64,000 nt of DNA from Rhina ancylostomus. Taxonomy: Eukaryota. This document shows positions 1-13,439 of this stretch, piece by piece. The translations under genes were made by a program, and so were the position numbers. Positions within the stretch are counted from its first letter, which is position 1. Each line of letters opens with the position of its first letter. The stretch spans positions 31,677,901 to 31,741,900 of the forward strand of contig JARFYF010000001.1 in the NCBI GenBank assembly GCA_030265395.1, written 5' to 3'. Below the pieces are notes generated by a model. The model made no database searches, was not told the DNA's origin, and was given only the letters and a program-made list of their open reading frames with translations.

Positions 1-604
1 AACTGTATTCAGAAAATACCTTGAGCTGTTGTTATTCAATACAAATTCATATAATTGTACATTTTTAAGAGCTTTTCTTTCCATTTGCATGTGTTCTGAA
101 ACAACTAATTGAGCAGAAGACCATTGTCTCATTTGAAACACTTTAGTACAATGGAACATTTTAGTCAGCAGCAAGTAATTACTGTTAATGTTTCTTGTTT
201 CATCTTCAGATAACAGGAGGTTCAGAAACCAAATTCAACATGTGATTAATGAATACTAGTGGAGACAATAGGCCTCTTTAAGACATCCTACTGTAGCCTT
301 CAGTTTCTAATGTAAATAATATTCTGGAGAAAGCAGCTACTTTAATATTTCAGAAAACAGTAACCACTTGAATAGCAGGGTTTCATCACAAGCCAATCAT
401 AACAACAATAAAAAAAAGTAATGTTGACTTAAATAAAAGCTTTTGGCTGATAAAGAACAAAACCCTTGGGGGTGTGTCTTGCAACAGCAGTAAAAATTTA
501 AGGTTAAGTTTGCATCTATGGAAAATGACAGTTCACCATACTTTCAGATTATTCAGTCAAAAGGCACACTGTTCGCCAAATCTAAAACTACAATTAACAC
601 TTAC

Positions 605-758
605 CATATGGCCACACATATTTCCTCGGAGCTCACACAGTAGGAGTTAAGTGTACAATTGCTGTAACACACTTTGTCCTCGCATATTGGGTTAGTATAG
701 TCACACCACTTGCACAGGTTCGTCTCCAAGAAACTTGCAATGACGAGGGAATTCAAAA
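605..758 (-). CDS. tgfbr2l: TGF-beta receptor type-2-like, coding exon 2 (N-terminal half of the ectodomain)
   Basis: Acceptor ttcttttgttttgcag and donor TG|gtaagt; 154 nt, phase 1 to phase 2. Translation (V)LNSLVIASFLETNLCKWCDYTNPICEDKVCYSNCTLNSYCVSSEEICVAI(W) aligns to human TGFBR2 [39 protein letters not shown]. All 7 Cys are kept and the intron splits the same Trp codon. Downstream exons lie left of the window. Confidence 0.92.
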
Positions 759-1710
759 CTGCAAAACAAAAGAATTACAAACTTCCAAAAACAGGAAATT
801 CACATGCAGTCTCTGAGCATCTACCACTGAATTGAGACTCCCAAGTATCTTGTGTTGTGCACCCACTTCCAGATTAATAACTGCATGCCTAACTCTATTG
901 ATATCCATTGGTGAGGTACAGCTGTTGCATCAGCAGCAATGACAGCCTTAAGCTAGCGTTGCTGGTCCAAGCAAGGGCAACTATCAAGCTGATCCTGCCA
1001 AGCAGGGTATGATCCCTACTCTGGGGGTAAATACAGCACAGTTTGGGAGCTTCTGCTTTATTTATTAAGATGTTTTACAGGGCTTGCATGATTTTGCAGA
1101 AAAACCTCAATGATATTTATTTGCATTTAAGCTTTCACAGTTGCAGTCCATAAATACGAAGAGTCTGAAATACAAAAACTGACAAGCATAGAGGTAACAA
1201 TGATAGGTACACCTGCCCCTAACCTCAGAAGCAGAGGAGCAGGAGGGAGAAGTGGAGAGGGAAGGAAATGTGAGAAAAGACTGACTAGAAGGTGATTAAG
1301 TAGAATGTAAATTATTAAAAAGCAGACAGCATACATAATTGAAAAACATACATTTCTGAAGCTAACTGGAAATGTTTTGGAGTCTCAGTGGTCATCATAA
1401 AAAGTTATTCAAAATCATCTACTCAAATCAATTCAAATTTTTACACTACTTATCCAACAGTTTATAATGCAGAGCTTTACACTTTGAATTCTATGGATTC
1501 ACCCAATATTAAGAAAATGAACTTCCAATCCAATCAAACTACAGGCACATTGAGGAGAAAGAGATCTATGCAGCATCATCATCAAAAACCATTTGAGCTA
1601 TTAAACACACCAGAAACCCCAGCAATTCCTCAGTAGAAATCCATCGCATAAAGAATAAAAACTTGCTTACATTCCATATGTGCTAATCTGTTATGGCTAT
1701 TAAAACACTT

Positions 1711-1955
1711 GGGCATAAAACTTGCCTTGTGCCAATAATGCGAGATGGGCTAATAGCAAATAACCATCCCATTTTATAAAGTGCCCACATTTTCTTTTAC
1801 ATTTAAGTCAATGGAAAAGATCATTGGGCACTTTACAAAACGAAATGGCTATTTGCAATGACTTCAAAGTAAAAGAAAATTAGCATAACGTAAAGCGGAT
1901 AGCTGATTTGCTGTGAGCTGATTTCGCACTATTGGAGAACACCAATTCAACCTCC
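1711..1955. mobile_element. Palindromic MITE-like DNA transposon remnant
   Basis: Outer inverted repeat ccaataatgcgagat / atttcgcactattgg. Inner hairpin gcaaataaccat..ttttataaagtgccca / tgggcactttacaaaa..atggctatttgc. Confidence 0.5.
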
Positions 1956-3019
1956 TTTGACCTCATTTGCCTTTATGATTCTGCTTGAGCTTTGCTTGGT
2001 ACAGTCCAGTTCCTGTGAGGTAATCAGACAGTTTTGCATCAGTGGTTTCTAAGAAGAACTTGAAGCAGTATAAGAGAGTAAGATTGACTAAATTAGATAA
2101 TAATCTTTTGTCAGAAGGAACATTAACTTCTTGGAGTAAAATGTCCCAACCCCTCCCCCACCCATACTGCTACATTCTGACTGCCACATCTTTCATATTA
2201 ACTCTAATTAAATCCAGATGATGCATTGCAAATTAAGCCTTCAATGATTTAATAAAGCTGCACAAACATAAAAAGAATGATTGTGCATTTATGAAAAAGT
2301 TCCAGATGTTACTGAGGCAAATCCAAAACATCAAAATATAAACTTCAAAAACTTTGGATGAGCCACTGCTAGAGTGAAATAAAACTGATTAAAAATGGTT
2401 CATCTTCCCAACTAAAATTGAACTCATGCCTTTCTTTCATGAGCCAAATCTAATCGTGGATTATGTTTCGAAACAATAACATGAAAAAGGGATTATTGCC
2501 AAAGTTTATATAAACATACTCTTTGCTTAAACCAAAACTCTAAGACTTAGTCAGCCCAATACTTATATATATTAAATGACAAATAAGTTAATTTATTTGA
2601 GTCAAAAGTGTCTGCATTTACTTTCAACTGTATTGCTATTAGAAACAAATTTCCTAATTACCCCATTGTTAAATATATGTATAAATTTACGAAGGTACTT
2701 ATTAAACTATAGTAAAACAATAAGCAACATTGCCATAACATTTTTTTCCATGGTTTAAATTTTTTTGTAAGGTAATATTGAAACAATTTTTCATTAATAT
2801 CACCTGGAGTGATATTTGTTAGCTTTGAAACCAGTCATCGGAATCATAAATTACAATTAACTGCACCCAGTGTAATACAGACAATGTGCATGCTCATTAT
2901 AAAGATTACCGAGTCCAAACTATTCTCTTCATTGGCTGAATGCTTCAGTGGGTGAGTGGGGGGCATGGGCATGAGAATGGGGGAGAAAGTGAGTGAGTGA
3001 TTTGCGGCAGTTGAAACTG

Positions 3020-3733
3020 GCCAACACAGTGAGGTGCACAGAGATCTGGGTAGCCTAGTGCATGATTCACAAAATATTCGTAAACAGGTACTGCAATTAA
3101 TTTGGAAAGCTTGCGGAATGTAACTGCTTATTGTTAAGGGTAGTGAATACAAAAGTAAGGAAATCAGATTCAGCTATACGGAGCATTGAACTACAATAAA
3201 GAGTATTGGTCTTCTTTATTAAGTAGCTTCATTAAATCATTGAAGGCTTAATAATGAAACAACATTAATGTGTTGGAAACAGTTCAGAGAAGGTTCACCA
3301 AACCAATACCTGGAAAGAGTGGGTTGTGCTATGAGGAAAGATTGGACCGGCTCGGATTGCACTACATCAACTGAAGTTTAGAAGGGGGGAGGGGCTTGAT
3401 TGAAATGTACAAGATCCTGAGGAATATTGCAGGTTGCATATGGAAAAGAGTTTTCTCTTGTAGGAGAATGTAGAACCAGAGGTTACTGTTTAAAAATAAG
3501 GCATAGACCATTTAAGAATAGACAATGTGATTTTTTTAATTTATTTCATAAAGTTGTAAGTCTTTGGAACTCTCTTCCTCAAAGGATGGCGAAAGCAGAA
3601 TCTTTGAATGTTTTTAAGGCAGAGGTATATAGGTACTCCAGAACCAAGAGGTTACTGCAGCTAGACAGGAGTACAGAGTTGAGGTTACTATTTAGATTAG
3701 CATGATCTGAGAAAATAGCTGAACAGGGTCAAG
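3020..3733 (+). mobile_element. Decayed CR1/HER1 LINE, 3' part
   Basis: Remnant motifs ggaaacagttcagagaaggttcacc (LE.VQRRFT), TRGYCLKIR and SLWNSLPQ. Confidence 0.8.
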
Positions 3734-5499
3734 NNNNNNNNNNNNNNNNNNNNNNNNNNNNNNNNNNNNNNNNNNNNNNNNNNNNNNNNNNNNNNNNNNN
3801 NNNNNNNNNNNNNNNNNNNNNNNNNNNNNNNNNNNNNNNNNNNNNNNNNNNNNNNNNNNNNNNNNNNNNNNNNNNNNNNNNNNNNNNNNNNNNNNNNNNN
3901 NNNNNNNNNNNNNNNNNNNNNNNNNNNNNNNNNNNNNNNNNNNNNNNNNNNNNNNNNNNNNNNNNNNNNNNNNNNNNNNNNNNNNNNNNNNNNNNNNNNN
4001 NNNNNNNNNNNNNNNNNNNNNNNNNNNNNNNNNNNNNNNNNNNNNNNNNNNNNNNNNNNNNNNNNNNNNNNNNNNNNNNNNNNNNNNNNNNNNNNNNNNN
4101 NNNNNNNNNNNNNNNNNNNNNNNNNNNNNNNNNNNNNNNNNNNNNNNNNNNNNNNNNNNNNNNNNNNNNNNNNNNNNNNNNNNNNNNNNNNNNNNNNNNN
4201 NNNNNNNNNNNNNNNNNNNNNNNNNNNNNNNNNNNNNNNNNNNNNNNNNNNNNNNNNNNNNNNNNNNNNNNNNNNNNNNNNNNNNNNNNNNNNNNNNNNN
4301 NNNNNNNNNNNNNNNNNNNNNNNNNNNNNNNNNNNNNNNNNNNNNNNNNNNNNNNNNNNNAACAGCCATGTTTATATGCTCTAACCACCCATGGTAGAGA
4401 TGATGTTGGCTATCACTGGCCTGCCTGTGCTGACACCGTGGCCACCAACAGGTCTGGATATATTGAAGATGACAGAATCCTTGTAGCTACTCCTTCCCAC
4501 CTCTGCCTTACTGTCAACCCAAAATCTCTTCTGACTGTCAGGATGCAGATGGTATTAGCATGCACATCTTACTTTCTCTCCTTAAACTCACACCTTTCCT
4601 TAATTTCATGAACTGCAACACGGCCAGACAGTAGGAAACAACCAGAAGGTAGTGATGAACCTTCTTAATTTCAATGTCATAGCCACCAGTTCAGACTCTG
4701 TGAATAAGTCAGAGAGTAATGCCAGCTGTGTCTGTGTATCATGAAGCACCTATAAATTCCACTATGCAATATAAGAACTGAAATGGAGCAGATGTAGAAG
4801 GTGCCCAATATCACCAATGGGTGTTCACAAGGGCATGCTCAGTGCATTGGGAAGCCTGCCAGAGAGCCTACATTCCATGCCAAGGAGATTGGCACCAATT
4901 TGGCAGGCACACAGCATGGGGTCCATTCTTTCTAATGTGGAAGTGGATGCTTAGTTAAAATGTGTATGGTGCTATATAACAGGGTTAACGTTTCAGGTTG
5001 ATGACCCTTCATTTTTCTCTTTTGTTCCCAATCAACTCTAAACATTAACTCTGTTTGTCTTTCCACGGAGGGGGTCTGACCTGCTGGAGTGTTTCCAAAT
5101 TTTTCTGCATTTAACTTCAAATTTGATCTATGGTAATTCATTGTCAGGACTCCAAAGACTTCAGGTGACTTCAATAATCTGACGTCACATCTGTGGTAAT
5201 TATTTGGAAATTTGTTTTGCATTTCTACTGTAAACATGTGGCAGTTTAATTATCAGCTGCTAAAAATGTTTGCCTCACTCTGCCTTCTTCTCCATGGTCA
5301 CTCGACTCTGTGCATTTCATTTCTTTGAACAGATGGCATGCCAACTACCAGGATAAGCCACGTCACTGCTACCAAAATGGCTCTCCAGAACTGTGCATGC
5401 TTGCTTGATAATTGATAACATGCACCTAGCTGCAGCCTGTCATCAGAATCCAAGGGGATCTGAGTCCATGTCTTTAGCCGTTTTTGTAGGAGATTAGTT

Positions 5500-5935
5500 G
5501 GGAGAGAGGATATCAGTTTAAAGCCATGGGGGAGAGAAAAGCAAAGGGAGAGGATGAATGAAGAGAAGGATTGGGGTGGCAGAGAGAGGGGGTGAAGAGA
5601 CAGAATGGGAGAGAAGGGAGCAAAGGGAAGAGTTTAGACCAAGGGCTGAGGGAAGCAGAGGAGAGGAGATTGGAATGGATAGAGAGGAATTTTAAGGAAA
5701 GGGAGAGAGGGAAATGTAGGAAGGGGTTTGGAATGAAGAAAGAGTAGTTTGGAGCAGGGAAGAGGGAATACAGTGAGGCAGAAAAGGAGTGAATGGTGTT
5801 TAAGGGAGGGAGAAGGGGAAGGGAAGACAGGGGGTCAGATTGGGGAAGGAGGGGCAACTTAGGTGGAGACAGAAGATTTAAGTTGAGGGGTGGTGTAAAA
5901 ATATCAGAATGGGAGAAAGATGACGGGAGAATATA
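5500..5935 (+). repeat. GA-rich polypurine low-complexity tract
   Basis: About 430 bp of almost pure G/A on the + strand. Confidence 0.85.
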
Positions 5936-6684
5936 CAACTAACATAGTTCCCCAAGTCCCTCAGAACATGAATTCATCATCTGCAATGTGCAAACCCTAT
6001 GAAATGTATGCAGCTCCTATGATTGTGGTTCTAACAAATCTGAGTGCTATTACTGGTATATTTGTAAATGTTACCAAAATGTACTTCAATAGTATGATGT
6101 CACATCCGTGCTAATTACTTACAGATTTGTTTTGCATTTCTACTGTATACATTTAGCTGTTTAAATATAAGCTGCTAAAAATGTTTGCCTCACTGAGTCT
6201 TCATTTTCCATGGTCACCCTACTCTGGGGACTTCATTCCTTTAAACAGATGGCATGTCAGCTACTAGGATAGCTGTGGGAAAAGCCAAGCTTGATAATGT
6301 AAAGCCAGAGGTTATCTCCCATGTGCTGTTCGCAGGTATATTGGTCTAAAATGTTCCAAATGTTTTATTATAGTGGGAGGACAAACCCCAATGTGACTAC
6401 CAAAATTTGGCTCACTAAGTACTGGCAGCTAAAAAAAGAGTATAATATTAGATAACACTAGAAAATGTGTGCTAAGATTTTATTGCACAATTAGCCAACA
6501 CTAAAGATGCAAATGTCATTCTTCCACCTCAGCATGAAGGTTGAATCATCCAGCCAGTGAATACCTATTATGTCAATTTCAAAAGCAGAAAACAGCAGCT
6601 GAAGTCAATTACAGCTGTGCATAGCCATGGAGAGTGGACAGTGGTGGAAGATATTGCATTGATTTGGGAAGATTGATGGAAATC

Positions 6685-6890
6685 ATGGCAAAGCACAGGC
6701 AAAAATGGTTAACCTAGTTTTCCAACATTACTTTGGACAGCTTATCTGTCAAAGTCCTCTACTCACAGGGACCCAAGATACCTCCAAGATCCATAGTGAA
6801 GTCTTGTTCTAGGTCAATGCTTTAACAATGCACCAAAGCCACAAATGCATTGCTGCAAGAAATGTAAAAACTTAATACTCATGACCAAGG
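6685..6890 (+). mobile_element. Decayed Myb/SANT-like ORF, probably from a PIF/Harbinger transposon
   Basis: Broken reading MAKHRQKWLT*FSNITLDSL..VLYSQGPK..EVLF*VNAL..PKPQMHCCKKCKNLILMTKV resembles the Harbinger Myb/SANT pattern (R..RFS...L..L...VNA....RT..QC.KK..DL). Contains stops and frameshifts. Confidence 0.45.
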
Positions 6891-8194
6891 TTAACAATGA
6901 CAGTATCAAGTCCCAACTCTCAACCACCATATCATTAACCTCACACGGTGCTCCAAGCTATAGACCCCCATCAACAACTTCCGAAAATCAGGCTCTAATA
7001 TCAATTTTCCCTACCACACTCACAGACCTGCCACTATTTCAAACCTTGTGTTCACATTTCCTATTTTCCACACATGGTCAGCTATTTAACCTTGGAAGAT
7101 ACATCATTTGAGCACACTTTAGGATACTTATCAACATATCTCCTTCACTCTTGAAGGAGAAAATGGTACATAAATTCCATAAGCAACAAGAGAACACTAG
7201 GGGACTAGTCTATGTCCATTGATTCAGCAGCTTGAAAGAGAGCATATTGGTCTATACAGAGTCCATGGTTAGAGATGGTGCAGAGATCACTGAAGACAAA
7301 GGTATTCTGATATCTAATTGTTCTTCTCATAACCCTCTCCCTTGTTATCCACAAACTCTTTTGATTTACAAGCTATAGGTTGGGTAAGCATTTATGTTTC
7401 TCTTGTCCTCTTCTCTCACAATGACCCTACTTTCGTGCCTTTCTTCTTTCAGATAACCAGGATCTCTCCATTTGCCTAATTGGGTGCAGCTCCATCCAGA
7501 CTCAAACATCTTGACACAACCAAGATAAAGCAACCCTTTTGATTGGCATCTCACCTATTGTGTTGCTGAATCATTACAGATCATTTTGACAGGAATGGTA
7601 TCAAATCAGCGGTGGATAAGAACTGACCATCAAGACCTCGCTCTGTCAAGCCCATGTGGTAGTTGGTGTGCAATGGTTAGTCTATGTTAAAGGAAGTTTC
7701 ACACAGGTAACTTCCACTCCCCTGAATTAGAATGGAAGCAAGTAATCTTCCATCCCAAGGAACTGCCTAAGAAGAAGATTTCATGTATCACAAAGTGCCA
7801 ACTATACAATTTCCTGATTAGTACGAGTCACATTAAAAATATGCTTGTGATTCATGAATAAAATTGGAAGCAAATCAACATTAGTACAATAGAAAATCAG
7901 CTCTCCATAATCCATTTTCAATATAATTCATGTCTATCATGGGAAAAAGCTGATCAACATTTTTAGGGAACTGCGGAACAGTGTTCATAGAGTTTGCAAG
8001 CTCAAAAAGGTCTTGTAAGCTGGTGTTCACTTCAGGACAAATATTGCAATCAATGTGGTTAATTCAAACATTTAACACAGCAGATACTCTTCTATTTTAA
8101 ATCAAGCATTGATTCAAATTAATGAACATAATGCAGAACAAAGTGCAATTTACATACAAGCGAAATATAAATGTTACTATTACTTCTTTTATTA

Positions 8195-8545
8195 GCTGGT
8201 CACAGAACGTAGAGGTCACTGGAAATTCCAGCATTTACCACCCATCCCTACATCCCCCTGACTGAGGAAGCATATAAGAGTCAGCCATATTGGTGGGTCT
8301 GGAATCACGTACTGCCCAGACCTGGTAAGTTTGTTTAAGTTTTCTTCCCTGAAGGACATTACTGAACCAGATGCTTTTTAAATGACTTTGTGGTAGTTTA
8401 ATGATCACTGTTAGGGTAAATTTTTAATTCCAGATTCATTTAATTATTTGAATACACCAGCTGCCATGATGGGATTTGAATTTGTTTCTCTGGATCAATG
8501 GTGCCAGACAGCAAACTTAATTGCTACCTCATCACACTACCCGTA
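8195..8545 (-). mobile_element. tRNA-type SINE with L2-like 3' tail
   Basis: The reverse tail gggatgggtggtaaatgctgg matches the + strand L2-type end at ~36020 (tagggatgggcattaaatgttggacttgccagg). Confidence 0.55.
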
Positions 8546-9699
8546 TGAACAAATTACAAATTAGTCCAAGTACCTTCTTAACAAGGAAAATACCAGAGGA
8601 TGTTGGGATGAATCTTTTAATTTTTTTTCTCTATGGTCTCAGGGTCAAGTTCTCAGGTTGGATATGCCAATTAATGGTAGGTCTGGACAGTATACCATGG
8701 TACCACTAAAATTCCTGGCAGCCCTTTTCTCCTGTTGCTTATTTTCCTTCAGGAAATTAAGTCAAAAGAAACCTAGAGAAACAATCTCATAGTTGGGAAC
8801 TTCCTGTCTTTCATACTGTATGAAACTACAGTAGTTCTCTTATAATATTCAGCATGTGAGAAACTTTTCCTGTAATAATGCATGTTTTTCAAATTAAGAA
8901 TTGGCATTTTTACTGCATGATTCCTAAAGATGATAGTTTTGACATTACTTCTTTTAGCTCCTATTTGTGGATCATATTACCTGCAGACTTTATCAACCAT
9001 AACGTGGCTATCATGCAGTACAAGTCACAAACTCATAAAGCAATTTTCTGACTTAAAGCCTGTGCAACTTTATAAGCTGATGGTAATTTCCGGGTAATGA
9101 AGATGACAAATACAAAAGATTCATGAATTTCTATAGACTTAAAAGCAAATCCGAATGTTTGTGTTTGAGACAATGGAAACTTGGCTGGGCATTGACTGCA
9201 AGATGTCACTGGAATAATTTCAGCCCATCTTATTTCCTTTATCAGATGTATACTCTACAACAACATTCTGTTTGGGAATTGTGGTCATTTCAGGTCTGCA
9301 TATAAACTGACAGGCTAAAGTTGTTTTATTTCAGTTATTTCCTGTGGTTAAGTTAATTCCAGGTCCTGTTAGTTCTTAAGAGGAACTGTGCCAAATCATT
9401 TGAGTTGGCAATAACAGATAACAGGAGGATATTGTGTTTTGCAAATTTTTTAGAAATGCTCTCTTCCATTTCTTTTGTTTTCTTCAGGGCACCATTTCGA
9501 TTCAAGTTTCCTTACTTTGTCTTGACATGGGGAAAATGTTGCCAAAGTCATGCATGTTGTACACCCCCAATTGCCTGAGAAAGTGTTGGTGTGTGTTCTC
9601 ATAGTTTCTTTATTAACAGTACTCCCACTTGGCTCAGCTCATTCACATAATTAAATTCAGCACTACCTTCATTCTTTCTGGACTGAACCATACTGATCA

Positions 9700-10630
9700 A
9701 AGAAGTTCTCTTTAAAACACCTCAGAAATTCTTCTCTCTCATTGTCCTCTCATTTCCAGGCTTGGTAATGGCATGGGGAGCACAACAGAATTTTGCTAGT
9801 GTAATCAGTGCTGGGGATGTTTGTCAGGAGAGGACATTGATGTTAATCCACTTATCCTTCCAGTAAATTTGGAGAATTTTGCAGAAATTGCTGGTAGTAT
9901 CTTTCTTATGCCTCAGAAGCATAAAGGAGGGCAAGGATCACTGCTGCCTGGTAGACCATGGGTTTTGTACGAAATCTGACATCTTAATCTTCATCAACTG
10001 ATCAAAGTCTAAACTGGCACATTGAAGTGGCTGTTGAATTTCATCCTCAATGTCTGCCTTTGTTGAGAGGTAGTTCCCAAGATAAGAGAAGTAATCCACA
10101 ATATCCAGAGTCTCACCATAAACCTTTACTGTTGGAGGGATGGTGTTGTACTCCAGTGACATTAGTTGGTAGAGGAGCTTTGTCTTGTTAAGTGCAAAGT
10201 CCAGCCTCTCACATGCTTCAGTGAACAAGTTGACAATTGTTTGGAGCTTGGCCTCAGAGCATAGACAAACTCAAACATCATCTGTATTCTGCCGTTCAGC
10301 CTCTAAGGTTTGGGTGACCTTGGTTCTGCAGTGCAATCACCATAGATTGAGTAGTTTTCCATTAGTTCTGAAAACAACCTCCTCCACTTCCACAGGAAGT
10401 TTGTCTGAGGTGAGGTGAAGCATTGGGTGAAGATTGAAAAAAAATGTCAGGGTAATGACGTTGTCTTGTTTGACACCAATTTTCACTGAGATTGGCTCTG
10501 CTGTTGACCCATTGGTTAGGGTCATGGCTTACAGGTCATCATGAAGCAAACAAAGGATAGAGATGAACGTTCATGGGCTGCTGAATTTGAGGAGAGTCCT
10601 TCATGTTCATTGGGGTTGAAAAGGGCTATG
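9700..10630 (-). mobile_element. Decayed RTE-clade LINE (RT region)
   Basis: VKIGVKQDNVI..MLHLTSDKLP..FRTNGKLLNL and FTEACERLDFALNKTKLLYQ..FSYLGNYLS..DIEDEIQQ are RTE-type RT motifs. Confidence 0.8.
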
Positions 10631-11649
10631 TTTATTTTTTTTCTATCTCAGTCAATACAGTATTAGGTCGATCAAATCTAGGAGTGTTCTTCTTGGGCAT
10701 TTCCTCAGGATTAAGGATGACTTGCTTCCATTCCAGTTCTGGGGACTGGAAGACATCTGTGTGAAGTTTTTTAATGTGGCGTTAGGGTTGTACATCACTA
10801 CCACACAGAATGAGATCTTGGTCCAATGGCAAGGAGGTCCAAGACTGGAGACAAGATTCTGCTGCACAGAATAAGTGCACACCCAAAATACACACACGCA
10901 CCCATGTGCACACATAGACATGCAAATTGATACACAAATGCAAATCACACACACTCCGAACACAGGGACACACTCTGACCAATATCATCATGGACTCAAA
11001 CACACATACTGCTCTCATCTGAATGGCTCAACTAAACCCACCATTTTCTTTATAAAGTCTAAGCTATTTTGATCTTTATATAATGTTACACTGCAGTGCA
11101 CAGGCATTACGCTGGGAAGCCACAGATGCCATATTGCTTTTTTTTTATTTTTCAGGCATCAGTTTATAAAATGTACTTGCTGTTATACAGTTTTTACTAA
11201 GCAGACTATATAATAAAAATGCCATGTGGGGAAGGAGAAAGGGAAATGAAAAAGGGAAAAAAGTCACACACCAGGAAGAAACAAATGACAAACATCCTGC
11301 GAATGCTTTTTAACAGAAGAAACTGCCAACTTATTCAGTCTGTTTCCATAGATATCAGCAAACCATTACTTCCTGCTACCTGGGGTCATGCATAAGGCTA
11401 AATTTAAATGATACATCATCATTTTATCTGACTTTCAAAACCCAAAATAAAAGGACCTTCTGCATCAGCATTGTTAGAAGTGCCAATTAGTTTACTTTTA
11501 CAATACTCCACTGTATTATGATCCAGACTTTAAATCTCATGGGAATCCTGGCACATGTATACACTTTAAAAGGAGCTAAGCCTTTCTTAGAAAAATAGCT
11601 GCAAGCTGCAATATGTTTTATTAGGCTGTTATTATTTGTCTATTAAACA

Positions 11650-12335
11650 ACTGTAAATGGGTAGACTCATGGCAGATGCAATTTAATGCAAATGTATAAC
11701 ATTTTGAGAAACACTTTGAGAAACAACATGGAGGAGAGGTGTAATCTAAATGGGTGAGGGCTTTGGAAGGCACAAGTGATAAAGGACCAGGAAATGAACA
11801 TCATAAATCATTGAATTTGGCAGGGCAAGCTGATAAGATGGGTTGAGGAAGCCATTTAAATAGGAACAGTGGCTTTTTAAATAGGAAGTCACAGGTTAAG
11901 CCTCAGCTAGATTATTGTGTACATTGCCAGGGATGAAGGACTTGGAAATGTAAAGAGCTCGGAGGTTTTTTCTACACACAGCAAATGGGTTTAAGGGAAG
12001 AGCAAATAGAAGTATTCAAAATTATGAAATTTTTTAATAAACCTGGAGGCAACCTTTTCTCCCAAGCATTGGGTCAACAAGCAGAGACAATAGGTAGGAT
12101 ATTATTGGCAAGGGTAATAGAGGGGAAATGAGGGGAGTTTGTTCTAGACAGAAGGTTGTTAAGATCTGGATACGCTGTTTGAAAAGGACTCCATTGAAAC
12201 TTCCAAAAGACAAGTGGGCATGAAGAGGACTGGGCTGAAAGGTAATGGAGATAATCCTGGGAAGTGGGACTAAAACTTACAGCACTCCAAAGAGTCAGCA
12301 TAAACCCAACAGATCAAACAGGATTCTTCTATGCT
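11650..12335 (+). mobile_element. Highly decayed CR1 LINE, 3' part
   Basis: tggcagatgcaatttaatgca (WQMQFN) motif and a CR1-like 3' UTR. Confidence 0.6.
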
Positions 12336-12399
12336 TCCTGCTCTCAATGCCCTGAACGTACCAGATGTCAGAGCATTACAGGGTGAAAACAGATGGAGG

Positions 12400-12845
12400 A
12401 CGGGCAGCAAAGTGGCTNNNNNNNNNNNNNNNNNNNNNNNNNNNNNNNNNNNNNNNNNNNNNNNNNNNNNNNNNNNNNNNNNNNNNNNNNNNNNNNNNNN
12501 NNNNNNNNNNNNNNNNNCAGTGGGTCACACTGAAGCTTCACGGCACTAGTGATCTGGGTTTGATATTGATTTCTTATGCTGATGATGTGGAGTACGTATG
12601 TTCTTACTGTGACTGCGTGGGTTTCTATTGGGTGGTCTGGTTTCCTCCCACATCCCAAAGGCATCCTTATTGGTAGGTGAATTAGCTACTGCAAATTACT
12701 CCTAGTGTAGGTGGGTGGTAGGAGAATCAGGGTGGAGTATTTGGGCATGTGAGAGGGAATAGATTGCAAATGGGGTATGAGATTGATGGGATAGCTGAGA
12801 GATGGCATTGACTCGATGGGCCAAATGGGCTCCTTTTATGTTGAA
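12400..12845 (+). mobile_element. V-SINE (HE1-like) with CR1/HER1 tail
   Basis: V-domain-like ctgcgtgggtttc..ggtttcctcccacatcccaaag and tail gactcgatgggccaaatgggctcc. Confidence 0.75.
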
Positions 12846-13439
12846 AGAATAATATGGGAAAATGATGTATGTTTTCTGGATTGAAAACCTGGAAGAAATA
12901 AGTGCAACTACTCAAATTCCATGTAAATGCTGAAGTTCAATCATAATGAAGTTAGTTTTCACTTCTCAAATAAATTTGTTTTCATCACTCTGATCAGGCC
13001 TTTGGCATGATTCTGATATGGCAGTTATCAGATATATAAGTAACATCTTCTGTAACTGGGACAAAAGTAAACTATTCTTCCTTCTCATGCCACACTGTTC
13101 AGTAATGCCTTTCTTCCAACATCCTGTTAACTGAGACTGTGCTCACATGGCAATCCATGCAGTCATAGCCAGAGATTCTCCTGCAATGACTTCTCTCTGT
13201 ACTCATGCACTGTTACCTCTGATGGTCCATAAGAATGTCCTCCTTGCCTCCTTGCTTCCAACCTATTTCTCATGCAGGAGCTGCCTCTCAGTGGCATTAT
13301 TCAAAAGTCAACCATCTAGAAATTAAATTTCACCCTTTCCTGGTGCACTAAATATGCAATTGTGAAATTGGCCAAAAAAAACTTCAAAAACATACAGCAG
13401 CTTGCACACAGACTCACTCTGTCTGCAGTTTCTGTTGGG

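Noticed and set aside
5513-5938. 141-aa Leu/Pro/Ser-rich ORF
   Set aside because: It is the translation of the polypyrimidine strand of a low-complexity tract.
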